Source: an uncultured Bacillota bacterium
GTDB taxonomy: Bacteria > Bacillota_I > Bacilli_A > RF39 > UBA660
Assembly: GCA_947165005.1 (NCBI GenBank)
Contig: CAMUYN010000001.1
Coordinates: forward strand, 67,963-121,781
Direction of reading: 5' to 3'
Length of the DNA: 53,819 bases
Numbering within the stretch: position 1 is the stretch's first letter; each line of letters opens with the position of its first letter. This document shows positions 37,082-47,476 of the stretch, piece after piece. The position numbers and the translations under genes were made by a program. The notes below the pieces were generated by a model, which saw only the letters and a list, made by a program, of their open reading frames with translations, did not search any database and was not told the origin of the DNA.

Positions 37082-37215
37082 AAGGGAAAACATCTGATAT
37101 ATTCAAACGTATCCAATATAATTATAACAAACAAATGTATGTAAAACAACAATAATTTGTTTAATTATATAGACTTTTTTATGTTTTTAACTTATAATAA
37201 TTCTTAGGTGATTTT

Positions 37216-38547
37216 ATGGATGAATCTATTAATTTTATTAGAGAAACTATTCCTAAAAATTCATGTTTAGTAGTTGGAGTTTCTGGTGGACCAGACTCAA
37301 TGTGTTTATTAAATTTACTTTTAGAAATAAAAGAAGAAATGAGATATAACATTGTAGTAGCACACATTAATCATAATCTAAGAGAAGAATCTGATGAAGA
37401 ATATGAATATGTGGAGAAGTTTTCTTTAGATCATAATTTATTATTTGAAGGAATTAAACTAGGAGAATTTGATACTAACTCTATTGAAAATGAAGCTAGA
37501 GAAAAAAGATATAGTTTCTATGAAAAAGAATTAAAAAAACATAAATCTAAGTATTTATTACTTGCTCATCATGGAGATGATTTAGTAGAAACAATTCTTA
37601 TGAGACTAACAAGAGGATCTACTTTAGATGGTTATAGTGGTTTTAATAAAGTAAGTAAAAGAGATAATTATTCTATTATTAGACCATTAATTTTTTATAC
37701 AAAAGATGAAATAATGGAATATTTAGAAGAAAAACATATAGAATATAGAATAGATAAAACAAATTATGATAAGAAATATACTAGAAATAGATATAGATTA
37801 GATATATTACCAGTATTAAAAAAAGAAAATAAAAACATCCATAAAAAATATTTAACTTTTAGTGAAGAATTAGAGGAATCTAATAACTTTATAGATAAAT
37901 ATGTATCTAGTAGATATATAGATATAGTTAAAGAAAATATAATTGATTTAGATTTATTATTAAAAGAAGATAGATATATTATTAAAAAAATATTGAATAA
38001 GTATTTATTTAATATTTATAAATCTAATATTAATTTAATAGAATCTAAACATGTATTTGCAATACTTGATTTAATAGATAGTGATAAACCTAATACATTT
38101 ATTACTTTACCTAATAATATTATGATAGAGAAAAGTTATAATAAATTATATATAAAAGATACTGATAAATTAGATAATTATAAAATTGCTATTAAAGATA
38201 AAGTAGTACTTGGAGATTATATAATTAAAAAGATAGATAATACTAATTTAACTAATAATTTTGTATGTCATTTAAATAGTGAAGAAATAACTTTACCTTT
38301 ATATGTTAGAAATAGAAAAGATGGGGATTATATAGAAATACTTAATTTAAATGGTAAGAAAAAAGTTAAAGATTTATTTATTGATTCTAAAATAGATAAA
38401 TCATTAAGAGATAACTATCCTTTAGTAGTGGATAGTGATGATAATATAGTTTGGGTCCCAGGCTTAAAAAAATCTAAATATGATAGTTTAAAAAAGGGAA
38501 AATATGATATAATATTATGGTATACAAGGAGGGATACTAATGAGTAA
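37216..38547 (+). CDS. tilS: tRNA(Ile)-lysidine synthase
   Basis: PP-loop VGVSGGPDSMCLL. 443 aa. Followed by ftsH as in Firmicutes. Confidence 0.9.
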   Translation: MDESINFIRETIPKNSCLVVGVSGGPDSMCLLNLLLEIKEEMRYNIVVAHINHNLREESDEEYEYVEKFSLDHNLLFEGIKLGEFDTNSIENEAREKRYSFYEKELKKHKSKYLLLAHHGDDLVETILMRLTRGSTLDGYSGFNKVSKRDNYSIIRPLIFYTKDEIMEYLEEKHIEYRIDKTNYDKKYTRNRYRLDILPVLKKENKNIHKKYLTFSEELEESNNFIDKYVSSRYIDIVKENIIDLDLLLKEDRYIIKKILNKYLFNIYKSNINLIESKHVFAILDLIDSDKPNTFITLPNNIMIEKSYNKLYIKDTDKLDNYKIAIKDKVVLGDYIIKKIDNTNLTNNFVCHLNSEEITLPLYVRNRKDGDYIEILNLNGKKKVKDLFIDSKIDKSLRDNYPLVVDSDDNIVWVPGLKKSKYDSLKKGKYDIILWYTRRDTNE

Positions 38548-40444
38548 AAAAACAAGAAGAAATATTACACCTTATATAGCATTAGTTTTAGTACTAGTAG
38601 TTATATATTTTGTTAGTACTATGATGAGTTCTAAAGTTCATAATATGAGCTATTCTACATTTATGAAAAATTTAAAGAAAGATAAAGTAGAAACAGTAGA
38701 ACTTTCACCTAATACTAAGGGTTCAATATATGAGATTACAGGAAGAATGAAAGGATATAGTAATAAAGAAAGTTACTATACTACAGCACCATTAACTGAT
38801 GATACAGTTAAGACTTTAAATGAATACAGAACTAAAAATAATTTTAAAATTAAAATTAATTCTGATCCACAAAGTAGTATATTCTTTACTTTCTTAATTA
38901 ATGTAGTACCTTATTTATTAATTGGTGGAGCTTTATTATTCTTCTTAAATAAACAATTAAGTGCTAATTCAAAATCAATGGATTTTGGAAAGAGTAGAGC
39001 TAAACTACAATCAGATAAGAATAAAGTAACATTTGATAATGTTGCAGGTTTAACTGAAGAAAAAGAAGAATTACAAGAATTAATAGATTTCTTAAAAGAT
39101 CCTAAGAAATTTACTAAGATGGGTGCTAGAATACCTAAAGGAGTATTACTTGTAGGTAATCCAGGTACTGGTAAAACATTACTTGCTAAAGCAGTAGCAG
39201 GTGAAGCAAATGTACCATTCTATTTTATAAGTGGTTCTGATTTCGTTGAATTATTCGTAGGTATTGGAGCATCAAGAGTTAGAGATATGTTTAGACAAGC
39301 TAAACAAACTGCTCCATGCTTAATATTTATTGATGAAATAGATGCTGTTGGTAGACAAAGAGGTACAGGTTTAGGCGGTGGACATGATGAAAGAGAACAA
39401 ACATTAAATCAATTACTTACAGAAATGGATGGATTTGGTTCTAATGAAGGTATCATCATAATCGCTGCTACAAATAGACCAGATGTACTTGATCCAGCAT
39501 TACTTAGACCAGGAAGATTTGATAGACAAATTACTGTAGGTCTACCAGATAAAACTGAAAGAGAAGATATATTAAAAGTACATGCTAAGAATAAGAAATT
39601 TGATGATAATGTTAAATTATCTTATATAGCTAAAAGAACAGTAGGTTTCTCTGGAGCAGATCTAGAAAACTTACTTAATGAAGCTGCATTATTAACAGTT
39701 AGAAGAGATAAAGAAGCTATTGGTATGTCTGAAATAGATGAAGCATACGATAGAGTTATTATGGGACCTGCTAAAAAGACTAGACAATATACTGAACATG
39801 AAAAGAGAGTAGTTGCTTATCATGAAGCAGGACACGCTGTTGTTGGTATTAAACTTGATGGTGCTGATGATGTTCAAAAGATAACAATTATTCCAAGAGG
39901 ACATGCAGGTGGTTATAACTTAATGCTTCCTAAAGAAGAAAAGTTCTTAGCTACTAAAAATGAATTGCTTGATAGAATAAGTGGATATCTTGGTGGTAGA
40001 GTAGCTGAAGAATTTATGTTTAAAGAAGTTACTACAGGAGCATCAAATGACTTTGAACATGCTACTAAAATAGCTAGAGCTATGGTTACTGAGTATGGTA
40101 TGAGTGAACTTGGGCCAATTCAATTAGAAGAACCATCATCTAGCATATTCTTAGGTAGAGATTATAATAAAGCACAAAATTTCTCATCTGAAATAGCTTA
40201 TAGAATAGATGAAGAAATAAGAAAGATAATTGATAAGCAATATAAATTATCTGAAAAGATTATTAAAGAAAACAAAGAATTATTAGATTTAATAGCTAAT
40301 GCTTTATTAGAACAAGAAACTTTAACTAAAGAAGAAATAGATTACTTAGTTAAACATAAAAGACTTCCTAAAGAAGGCGAAGACCTAGAAAAGAAGGAAG
40401 AAGTTAAAGAAAACAAAAAGATAGCTAAGAAAGAAGACAAGTAA
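38540..40444 (+). CDS. ftsH: ATP-dependent zinc metalloprotease FtsH
   Basis: Walker A GNPGTGKTLLAKA, SRH, HEAGHA zinc site. 8-nt overlap with tilS. Confidence 0.96.
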   Translation: MSKKTRRNITPYIALVLVLVVIYFVSTMMSSKVHNMSYSTFMKNLKKDKVETVELSPNTKGSIYEITGRMKGYSNKESYYTTAPLTDDTVKTLNEYRTKNNFKIKINSDPQSSIFFTFLINVVPYLLIGGALLFFLNKQLSANSKSMDFGKSRAKLQSDKNKVTFDNVAGLTEEKEELQELIDFLKDPKKFTKMGARIPKGVLLVGNPGTGKTLLAKAVAGEANVPFYFISGSDFVELFVGIGASRVRDMFRQAKQTAPCLIFIDEIDAVGRQRGTGLGGGHDEREQTLNQLLTEMDGFGSNEGIIIIAATNRPDVLDPALLRPGRFDRQITVGLPDKTEREDILKVHAKNKKFDDNVKLSYIAKRTVGFSGADLENLLNEAALLTVRRDKEAIGMSEIDEAYDRVIMGPAKKTRQYTEHEKRVVAYHEAGHAVVGIKLDGADDVQKITIIPRGHAGGYNLMLPKEEKFLATKNELLDRISGYLGGRVAEEFMFKEVTTGASNDFEHATKIARAMVTEYGMSELGPIQLEEPSSSIFLGRDYNKAQNFSSEIAYRIDEEIRKIIDKQYKLSEKIIKENKELLDLIANALLEQETLTKEEIDYLVKHKRLPKEGEDLEKKEEVKENKKIAKKEDK

Positions 40445-40466
40445 TTGTATAATACTTGTCTTTTTT
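40436..40466 (+). terminator. Intrinsic terminator after ftsH
   Basis: gacaagta(40436-40443)/tacttgtc(40453-40460) followed by tttttt. Confidence 0.7.
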
Positions 40467-40515
40467 ATTGACATTGATAAACAATATATTTTATATTTAT
40501 ATTAGGAGGTATGAT

Positions 40516-41034
40516 ATGTCAAAAGTAGAGTTTTCATATAATACTTATAGAATGGATGAAAATCCACCTTATAAAAAAGCACATAGTGGCTCAAAAATGA
40601 ATTTTAATATAAATGGGACATTAATTGGTGTTTATAATTTTGGTGGCAAAAATATTATGATTACAATAGTTGAACATTCTGATGGACTTGACTGTATGAA
40701 GGGTACGGTTGATGTTCGTGAAGTTGTTGGTGATAAGAATAGGGGTATATTCTATTCAAATAATGATATTTCACCTAGCTTAGTGGATCTTTCAAAATCA
40801 TTATCATTTTGCTTGTTGTCTGATTCTTCCATAATACATAAAGAATTATCTGAAGGAGTACCATTTGATGAAACAAAGGTATTTAAAAGGTATGAATTAA
40901 ATAAAATTGATTGTGAAGAAATTATTCCGGAAGGTGCAGATATAGTAGATGTAATTGGTGTAGAACCATATGTTTTTGAAGCACAAAAAATAGAGATGGC
41001 AAAACAAGATAAAAAGAGACCAAATACTTTGTAA
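40516..41034 (+). CDS. Hypothetical cytoplasmic protein (172 aa)
   Basis: RBS aggaggt 6 nt before the ATG at 40516 (the ORF-track start 40456 lies inside the terminator/promoter region). No recognisable motif. Confidence 0.55.
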   Translation: MSKVEFSYNTYRMDENPPYKKAHSGSKMNFNINGTLIGVYNFGGKNIMITIVEHSDGLDCMKGTVDVREVVGDKNRGIFYSNNDISPSLVDLSKSLSFCLLSDSSIIHKELSEGVPFDETKVFKRYELNKIDCEEIIPEGADIVDVIGVEPYVFEAQKIEMAKQDKKRPNTL

Positions 41035-41071
41035 TATAGAAGAATTATAAAATTTTATAATTCTTTTTTAT

Positions 41072-41100
41072 TTGACTTTTAATTAATCATATAATAGAAT
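41072..41100 (+). promoter_or_regulatory. Sigma-A-type promoter (TTGACT-17-TAGAAT) for the ABC-F leader
   Basis: ttgact 41072-41077, tagaat 41095-41100. Confidence 0.55.
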
Positions 41101-41124
41101 TATTACTGAAAGGGAGAGATGATT

Positions 41125-41172
41125 ATGTTATTAAATTACTATGAACGCACAATCATGTATGTTATAGCATAG
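41125..41172 (+). CDS. Candidate 15-aa leader peptide (MLLNYYERTIMYVIA)
   Basis: RBS gggag at 41112-41116, 8 nt before the ATG at 41125 (an in-frame ATG at 41119 is too close). Followed by overlapping alternative hairpins and a terminator. Confidence 0.45.
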   Translation: MLLNYYERTIMYVIA

Positions 41173-41269
41173 TCATACCTAAAAGATAATAAAATAATCT
41201 TGCAGGTATGACATTTTCGTCGTGCCTGCATCCGCCAAATGGATGTAAGTACGTCTATTTGGTTTTTTT
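41173..41269 (+). promoter_or_regulatory. Transcription attenuator (alternative stems plus intrinsic terminator) upstream of the ABC-F gene
   Basis: catacct(41174-41180)/aggtatg(41204-41210) competes with tgcagg(41201-41206)/cctgca(41225-41230), which competes with catcc/ggatg. Terminator ccaaatgga(41235-41243)/tctatttgg(41254-41262) + ttttttt. Confidence 0.55.
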
Positions 41270-41296
41270 ATATAAAATTAAAGGAGATGAAAGATT

Positions 41297-42904
41297 ATGT
41301 TAGAAATAAGCTTAAATAATATAAAAAAATCCTATGGATTTAAAAATATTCTAGATGGATTTGATCTAGAAGTAAAAACAGGAGATAAGATATCTCTTAT
41401 TGGAGAAAATGGTAGTGGAAAAACTACAATATTAAATATTATTAATAAAATAGAAAATATAGATAATGGTACCTTATCTATTAAAGTAGGTTCAACTATT
41501 GGTTATCTAACTCAACAACCTGAAACTATATATTCAAATATGATAGTTAAAGATATTATATATGATAATTTAAAAGAAATAGAGAAAGTTAAAAATACCT
41601 TAGAAAAGTATGAAGAAAAAATGAATAATGATCCTGATAATATTGATATAATTAATAAGTATCTCAAAACTCAAGAAAAATATATGAGTATTGGTGGATA
41701 TGAAATAGATACTTTAGTTGATAAAGTAACTCATGGATTAAATATAGATCATCATTTAGATAAAGAATTTAGATTGTTATCTGGTGGGGAACAAAAAAGA
41801 GTTGTTTTGGCATCTATATTTATAGTAAAGCCATCTATATTATTGTTAGATGAACCAACTAATCATTTAGATATAAACTCTATTGAATGGCTAGAGGAAT
41901 ATTTAAATAAATATAATGGAACAGTATTAGTTGTATCTCATGATAGATATTTCCTAGATAAAGTAACTAATAAAACAGTATTATTAGAGAATGGTAAATC
42001 TATTGTATTTCATGGTAATTATTCTAAATATTTAGAAGAAAACGAAGTAAGAATAGAAAGAGAATTTAAAGAATACAAAGATCAGCAAAAGATGATAAAT
42101 GCTATGAACAGAAAGATTAAACAATTAGAAGAATGGGGGAAACTTGCTTATCCAGGAGGTGAATCATTTTTTAAAAGAGCCGAAAGTATTAGAAAGAGAT
42201 TAGAGAAAATAGAATTAAAGGATAAGCCTTCTATTAAAAATGATTTGCCTTTGAATTTAGAATTTGATAATAGATCTGGTAAAGATGTATTAACTATTAA
42301 GGATTATTCTGCATCTATTAAAGATAATATACTAATAGATAATATTAATTTAACTATTAATTATGGAGATAAAGTATGTTTAATTGGTAATAATGGATGT
42401 GGTAAAACTACATTTATTAAAAGAATAATAGATAATAATAGTGATAAAATTAAAATTGGATCTAATGTTAAAATGGGTTATATTGAACAACAAATATCAT
42501 TCGATCAAGTTGAAACTATACTTAGTTATGCTAGAAACTATTATATTGGTGATGAATCACATTTAAGAAGTACATTAAGTAAATTTGGTTTCTACGGTGA
42601 AAATGTATTTAAAAAGGTTAATAGTTTATCTGGTGGAGAAAAGGTTAGATTAAAATTATTTGCTCTAATACAAAATAAGTGTAATTTTATAATTTTAGAT
42701 GAACCAACTAATCATTTGGATGTCTTTACTAAAGAAAATTTAGAAGAAGCATTAAGTGATTATAAAGGAACATTACTATTTATATCTCATGATAGATATT
42801 TTATTAATAAACTTGCAAATAAGATCTTATATGTAAGTAATAAAAAAATTACAGAATATATAGGAAATTATGATTATTTTATCAATCATAAGAAGGAAAA
42901 CTAA
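41297..42904 (+). CDS. ABC-F family ATPase (two ABC domains, no TM); candidate ribosome-protection/antibiotic-resistance type
   Basis: Walker A GENGSGKTT and GNNGCGKTT, signatures LSGGEQKR and LSGGEKVR, ~80-aa charged interdomain linker. 535 aa. Confidence 0.85.
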   Translation: MLEISLNNIKKSYGFKNILDGFDLEVKTGDKISLIGENGSGKTTILNIINKIENIDNGTLSIKVGSTIGYLTQQPETIYSNMIVKDIIYDNLKEIEKVKNTLEKYEEKMNNDPDNIDIINKYLKTQEKYMSIGGYEIDTLVDKVTHGLNIDHHLDKEFRLLSGGEQKRVVLASIFIVKPSILLLDEPTNHLDINSIEWLEEYLNKYNGTVLVVSHDRYFLDKVTNKTVLLENGKSIVFHGNYSKYLEENEVRIEREFKEYKDQQKMINAMNRKIKQLEEWGKLAYPGGESFFKRAESIRKRLEKIELKDKPSIKNDLPLNLEFDNRSGKDVLTIKDYSASIKDNILIDNINLTINYGDKVCLIGNNGCGKTTFIKRIIDNNSDKIKIGSNVKMGYIEQQISFDQVETILSYARNYYIGDESHLRSTLSKFGFYGENVFKKVNSLSGGEKVRLKLFALIQNKCNFIILDEPTNHLDVFTKENLEEALSDYKGTLLFISHDRYFINKLANKILYVSNKKITEYIGNYDYFINHKKEN

Positions 42905-42940
42905 ATAATTAGTTTTTCTTTTATTTTTTAAATAAATATA

Positions 42941-42969
42941 TTGACATTATAATGCTTAAATGATATAGT
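42941..42969 (+). promoter_or_regulatory. Sigma-A promoter of the str operon (TTGACA-17-TATAGT, TGn)
   Basis: ttgaca 42941-42946, tga-tatagt with the -10 at 42964-42969. Confidence 0.55.
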
Positions 42970-43067
42970 ATTTATGCTGATTAAAAAAAGGTTTTGCGTA
43001 TAAGCAAGACTTTAATTTATATCAAATTATGAAACACCGGGATGTGTGTTATGAAAGGAGTAATAGT

Positions 43068-43484
43068 ATGCCTACAATAAATCAAATTGTAAGAAAAGGA
43101 AGAGGAAGTAAGACTAGAAAGAGTAAATCTCCAGTTTTAAATGTTAGATTAAACAGTTTAACTAAGAGAACAAGAGAATTACCATCTCCACAAAAAAGAG
43201 GAGTATGTACTCGTGTTGGTGTTACTACACCTAAAAAACCTAACTCAGCATTAAGAAAATATGCTCGTGTTAAATTAAGTAATGGTAGAGAAATCAATGC
43301 TTATATCCCAGGAGAAGGTCACAACCTACAAGAACACAGTGTTGTACTAGTTCGTGGAGGAAGAGTTAAGGACTTAATCGGAGTTAGATATCACATTGTT
43401 AGAGGTACTCTAGATACTGCTGGAGTTACTGACAGAAAACAAGGTAGAAGTAAATACGGCGCTAAAAAGCCTAAAAAGAACTAA
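43068..43484 (+). CDS. rpsL: 30S ribosomal protein S12
   Basis: [36 protein letters not shown] gaaaggag. The ORF-track start 43029 is an upstream extension. Confidence 0.96.
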   Translation: MPTINQIVRKGRGSKTRKSKSPVLNVRLNSLTKRTRELPSPQKRGVCTRVGVTTPKKPNSALRKYARVKLSNGREINAYIPGEGHNLQEHSVVLVRGGRVKDLIGVRYHIVRGTLDTAGVTDRKQGRSKYGAKKPKKN

Positions 43485-43502
43485 TAGGAAAGGAGAAAAT
43501 AA

Positions 43503-43970
43503 ATGAGAAAAAGACATGTATTTAGTAGAGATGTTTTAGCTGATCCTATATATAACACTAAAGTAGTTACAAAATTAATTAATAGAGTAATGTTAGATGG
43601 TAAAAGAGGAAAAGCTCAAACTATCGTTTATAAAGCATTTAATATGGTACAAGAAAAGACTAATGAAAATCCTAATGATGTTTTCACTAAGGCTATGGAA
43701 AATGTTACACCAGCAATCGAAGTTAAATCTAGAAGAGTTGGTGGAGCTAACGTTCAAGTACCAGTTGAAGTATCTGCTACTAGAGGTGAAGCTTTAGCTT
43801 TACGTTGGTTAGTAGGAGCAGCAAGAACTAGAGGCGGAAAATCAATGGCTGAAAAATTAGCTAATGAAATAGTAGATGCCGCTAATGAACAAGGTGCTGC
43901 ATTTAAGAAAAAAGAAGACGTTCAAAGAATGGCTGAAGCAAATAAAGCATTTGCTCACTATAGATGGTAA
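43503..43970 (+). CDS. rpsG: 30S ribosomal protein S7
   Basis: ..[31 protein letters not shown]... 155 aa. Confidence 0.96.
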   Translation: MRKRHVFSRDVLADPIYNTKVVTKLINRVMLDGKRGKAQTIVYKAFNMVQEKTNENPNDVFTKAMENVTPAIEVKSRRVGGANVQVPVEVSATRGEALALRWLVGAARTRGGKSMAEKLANEIVDAANEQGAAFKKKEDVQRMAEANKAFAHYRW

Positions 43971-43985
43971 GAAAGGGAATAAAAT

Positions 43986-46058
43986 ATGGGACGTGAATAT
44001 AGTTTAGAAAACACAAGAAACTTTGGTATCATGGCACACATTGATGCCGGAAAAACAACAACAACAGAAAGAATCTTATTCCATACACATAAAATCCACA
44101 AAATAGGTGAAACACATGATGGTGCTTCACAAATGGACTGGATGGCACAAGAACAAGAAAGAGGTATAACAATCACTTCTGCAGCTACTACAGCTTACTG
44201 GAAAGGATATAGATTAAACATAATCGATACTCCTGGACACGTAGACTTCACTGTTGAAGTTTCAAGATCATTAAGAGTACTTGATGGTGCTGTTGCATTA
44301 TTAGATGCTCAAGCTGGTGTTGAACCACAAACTGAAACAGTTTGGAGACAAGCTACAGAATTTAAAGTACCAAGAATCATCTTTGCTAATAAGATGGATA
44401 AGATTGGTGTAGATTTTAATTACACATTAAAGACTATCAAAGATAGATTAGATGTTAAATATGCTCCAATTGAATGGCCAATAGGTGAAGGCCCAGAATT
44501 TGAAGGTATCATAGATTTAATCACTATGAAAGCTTATATGTATGATGGTGAGCCTCAAGAAGAACCAAAAGAAGTAGAAATACCTGCTAATTTAAAAGAA
44601 ATAGCTGAAACAAAGCGTGCTGAATTAATTGATGCAGTTGCTGAATATGATGATGCAGCTATGGAAAAATACTTAGAAGGTGAAGAATTAACTATAGAAG
44701 AAATTAAAAAATGTATCAGAAATGGTGTATTGGCTGTTGATTTCTTCCCAGTTATGTTAGGAACTGCTTATGGTAATAAAGGTGTTAAACCATTACTAGA
44801 TGCAGTATTAGATTACTTACCAGCTCCAACAGATGTTGAATCAATCAAAGGAACTGATATGAATGGTGATCCAATTGAAAGACATCCTTCAGACAGTGAA
44901 CCATTTAGTGCATTAGCATTTAAGGTTATGACTGATCCATTCGTTGGTAAATTAACATTCTTTAGAGTTTACTCAGGACACTTAACTAGTGGTTCATATG
45001 TATTAAACTCAACTAAGGATGTTAGAGAAAGAGTTGGACGTATCTTATTAATGCACGCTAATAACAGAACTGAAATCTCTGAAGTATTTACTGGAGATAT
45101 CGCTGCTGCAGTTGGATTAAAAGATACAACTACTGGAAATACATTATGTGATGAAAAGAAACCATGTATTCTTGAATCAATGGAATTCCCAGAACCAGTT
45201 ATTGAATTAACGGTTGAACCAAAATCAAAAGCTGACCAAGAAAAAATGGGTATAGCATTACAAAAACTTGCTGAAGAAGATCCAACATTTAGAGCAAGTA
45301 CAAATGCTGAAACTGGTCAAACTATTATCGCTGGTATGGGTGAATTACACTTAGATATCATCGTTGATAGAATGAGAAGAGAATTTAACGTTGAATGTAA
45401 CGTAGGTGCTCCACAAGTTGCTTATAGAGAAACTATTACTCAAGCAGGAGATTGTGAAGGTAAATATATTAAACAATCTGGTGGTCGTGGACAATACGGA
45501 CATGTTGTTATTAATTTTGAACCAAATCCTGGTAAAGGATATGAATTTGTTGATGCAGTTGTTGGTGGAGTTGTTCCAAGAGAATATATTCCAGTAACTG
45601 ATAAAGGATTACAAGAAGCTATGGAAACTGGTATTTTAGCTGGATATCCATTAATCGACGTAAAAGCTACATTACATGATGGATCTTACCATGAAGTAGA
45701 CTCATCAGAAATGGCATTTAAGGTTGCTGCTTCACTTGCTTTAAAAGAAGCTAAGAACAAATGTAAACCTGTATTATTAGAACCTATAATGGATGTTTCT
45801 ATTGTTGTTCCAGAAGAATACTTAGGTAACGTTATGGGAGATATTACTGCTAGACGTGGAAAACCAATGGGTCAAGAATCTATGGGGAATGCTTTAAGAA
45901 TTAAAGCTATGGTTCCACTTTCAGAAATGTTTGGTTATGTTACTAACTTAAGAAGTAACACACAAGGTAGAGGAACTTACCAAATGCAATTTGATCATTA
46001 CGAAGAAGTTCCAAAGAATATAACTGAAGAAATAATAAAGAAAAACGCTAAAAACTAG
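43986..46058 (+). CDS. fusA: Elongation factor G
   Basis: [28 protein letters not shown]. 690 aa. Confidence 0.97.
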   Translation: MGREYSLENTRNFGIMAHIDAGKTTTTERILFHTHKIHKIGETHDGASQMDWMAQEQERGITITSAATTAYWKGYRLNIIDTPGHVDFTVEVSRSLRVLDGAVALLDAQAGVEPQTETVWRQATEFKVPRIIFANKMDKIGVDFNYTLKTIKDRLDVKYAPIEWPIGEGPEFEGIIDLITMKAYMYDGEPQEEPKEVEIPANLKEIAETKRAELIDAVAEYDDAAMEKYLEGEELTIEEIKKCIRNGVLAVDFFPVMLGTAYGNKGVKPLLDAVLDYLPAPTDVESIKGTDMNGDPIERHPSDSEPFSALAFKVMTDPFVGKLTFFRVYSGHLTSGSYVLNSTKDVRERVGRILLMHANNRTEISEVFTGDIAAAVGLKDTTTGNTLCDEKKPCILESMEFPEPVIELTVEPKSKADQEKMGIALQKLAEEDPTFRASTNAETGQTIIAGMGELHLDIIVDRMRREFNVECNVGAPQVAYRETITQAGDCEGKYIKQSGGRGQYGHVVINFEPNPGKGYEFVDAVVGGVVPREYIPVTDKGLQEAMETGILAGYPLIDVKATLHDGSYHEVDSSEMAFKVAASLALKEAKNKCKPVLLEPIMDVSIVVPEEYLGNVMGDITARRGKPMGQESMGNALRIKAMVPLSEMFGYVTNLRSNTQGRGTYQMQFDHYEEVPKNITEEIIKKNAKN

Positions 46059-46124
46059 TGTAAATACTTGATATTTTTTCAAAAATAAGATAAAATAATT
46101 TTGACATTAAAAGGAGGAAATAAA

Positions 46125-47309
46125 ATGGCAAAAGAAAAATTTAATCGTTCAAAACCACATGTTAACATTGGTACTATTGGACACGTTGACCATGGTAAAA
46201 CAACTTTAACTGCTGCTATCTCTAAGAGACAATCAGAAAAAGGTTTAGGTCAATTTAAAGATTATGCACAAATTGATGGAACACCAGAAGAACAAGCAAG
46301 AGGAATCACTATCAATACTGCACACATCGAATATGAAACAGATAAGAGACACTATGCACACGTAGACTGCCCAGGACACGCTGACTATGTTAAAAACATG
46401 ATCACTGGTGCTGCTCAAATGGACGGAGCTATCCTAGTTATAGCTGCTACAGATGGTGCTATGGCTCAAACAAGAGAACACATCTTACTAGCTCACCAAG
46501 TTGGTGTACCTAGAATAGTTGTATTCATCAACAAATGTGATATGGTTGATGATCAAGAAATGTTAGACTTAATTGAAATGGATGTTAGAGAATTATTAAC
46601 TAAATATGGTTATGATGGAGATAACACACCATTCATTTATGGTTCTGCATTAAAAGCTCTTGAAGGAGATCCAAAATATGTTGAAAAGATTGACGAATTA
46701 ATGGATACAATCGATGAATATATTCCAACTCCAGAAAGAGACGTTGATAAACCATTCCTAATGAGTATCGAAGACGTATTCACAATCACAGGTCGTGGAA
46801 CAGTTGTTACTGGACGTGTTGAAAGAGGTAGATTAAATCTTAACGATGAAGTTGAAATAGTTGGTATTAAACCTACTACTAAGACTGTAGCTACTGGTAT
46901 CGAAATGTTCAGAAAACAATTAGACTACGCTGAAGCTGGAGATAACGCTGGAGTTTTACTTCGTGGTATCAACAGAGAAGACGTTGAAAGAGGACAAGTT
47001 CTTGCTAAACCAGGATCAGTTACTCCACATACTAAATTCGAATGTGCTGTTTACGTATTAAGTAAAGATGAAGGTGGTAGACATACTCCATTCTTCACTA
47101 ACTACAGACCACAATTCTATTTCAGAACTACAGACGTAACTGGTACAGTTACATTACCTGCAGGAACTGAAATGGTTATGCCTGGTGATAACGTTAACAT
47201 GACAGTAGAATTAATAGCTCCAATTGCCTTAGAAGAAGGTACTGAATTCTCAATCAGAGAAGGTGGAAGAACAGTTGGTGCTGGTAAAGTTACTAAAGTA
47301 TCTAAATAA
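46125..47309 (+). CDS. tuf: Elongation factor Tu
   Basis: [43 protein letters not shown] aaggagg before the ATG at 46125. Confidence 0.97.
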   Translation: MAKEKFNRSKPHVNIGTIGHVDHGKTTLTAAISKRQSEKGLGQFKDYAQIDGTPEEQARGITINTAHIEYETDKRHYAHVDCPGHADYVKNMITGAAQMDGAILVIAATDGAMAQTREHILLAHQVGVPRIVVFINKCDMVDDQEMLDLIEMDVRELLTKYGYDGDNTPFIYGSALKALEGDPKYVEKIDELMDTIDEYIPTPERDVDKPFLMSIEDVFTITGRGTVVTGRVERGRLNLNDEVEIVGIKPTTKTVATGIEMFRKQLDYAEAGDNAGVLLRGINREDVERGQVLAKPGSVTPHTKFECAVYVLSKDEGGRHTPFFTNYRPQFYFRTTDVTGTVTLPAGTEMVMPGDNVNMTVELIAPIALEEGTEFSIREGGRTVGAGKVTKVSK

Positions 47310-47322
47310 TTAGTAATAAATT

Positions 47323-47350
47323 AAAAGTGATTCATTGAATCACTTTTTTT
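47323..47350 (+). terminator. Intrinsic terminator after tuf
   Basis: agtgattc(47326-47333)/gaatcact(47337-47344) followed by a T-run. Confidence 0.8.
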
Positions 47351-47364
47351 ATAGATCTCGTAAT

Positions 47365-47465
47365 TTGACTTTTAACGATATGTATGCTAGAATATCCTCA
47401 TTAATTTGCAATGGGGGTTGTAAAATTAATATATGAGACTCATTGTACATAAATGAGTCTTTTTT
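47365..47465 (+). promoter_or_regulatory. Promoter (TTGACT-17-TAGAAT) followed by a short leader ending in a terminator-like hairpin
   Basis: ttgact 47365-47370, tagaat 47388-47393. Hairpin agactcatt(47436-47444)/aatgagtct(47452-47460) + ttttt directly abuts RBS ggggg of the next gene. Confidence 0.45.
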
Positions 47466-47476
47466 GGGGGTATATT

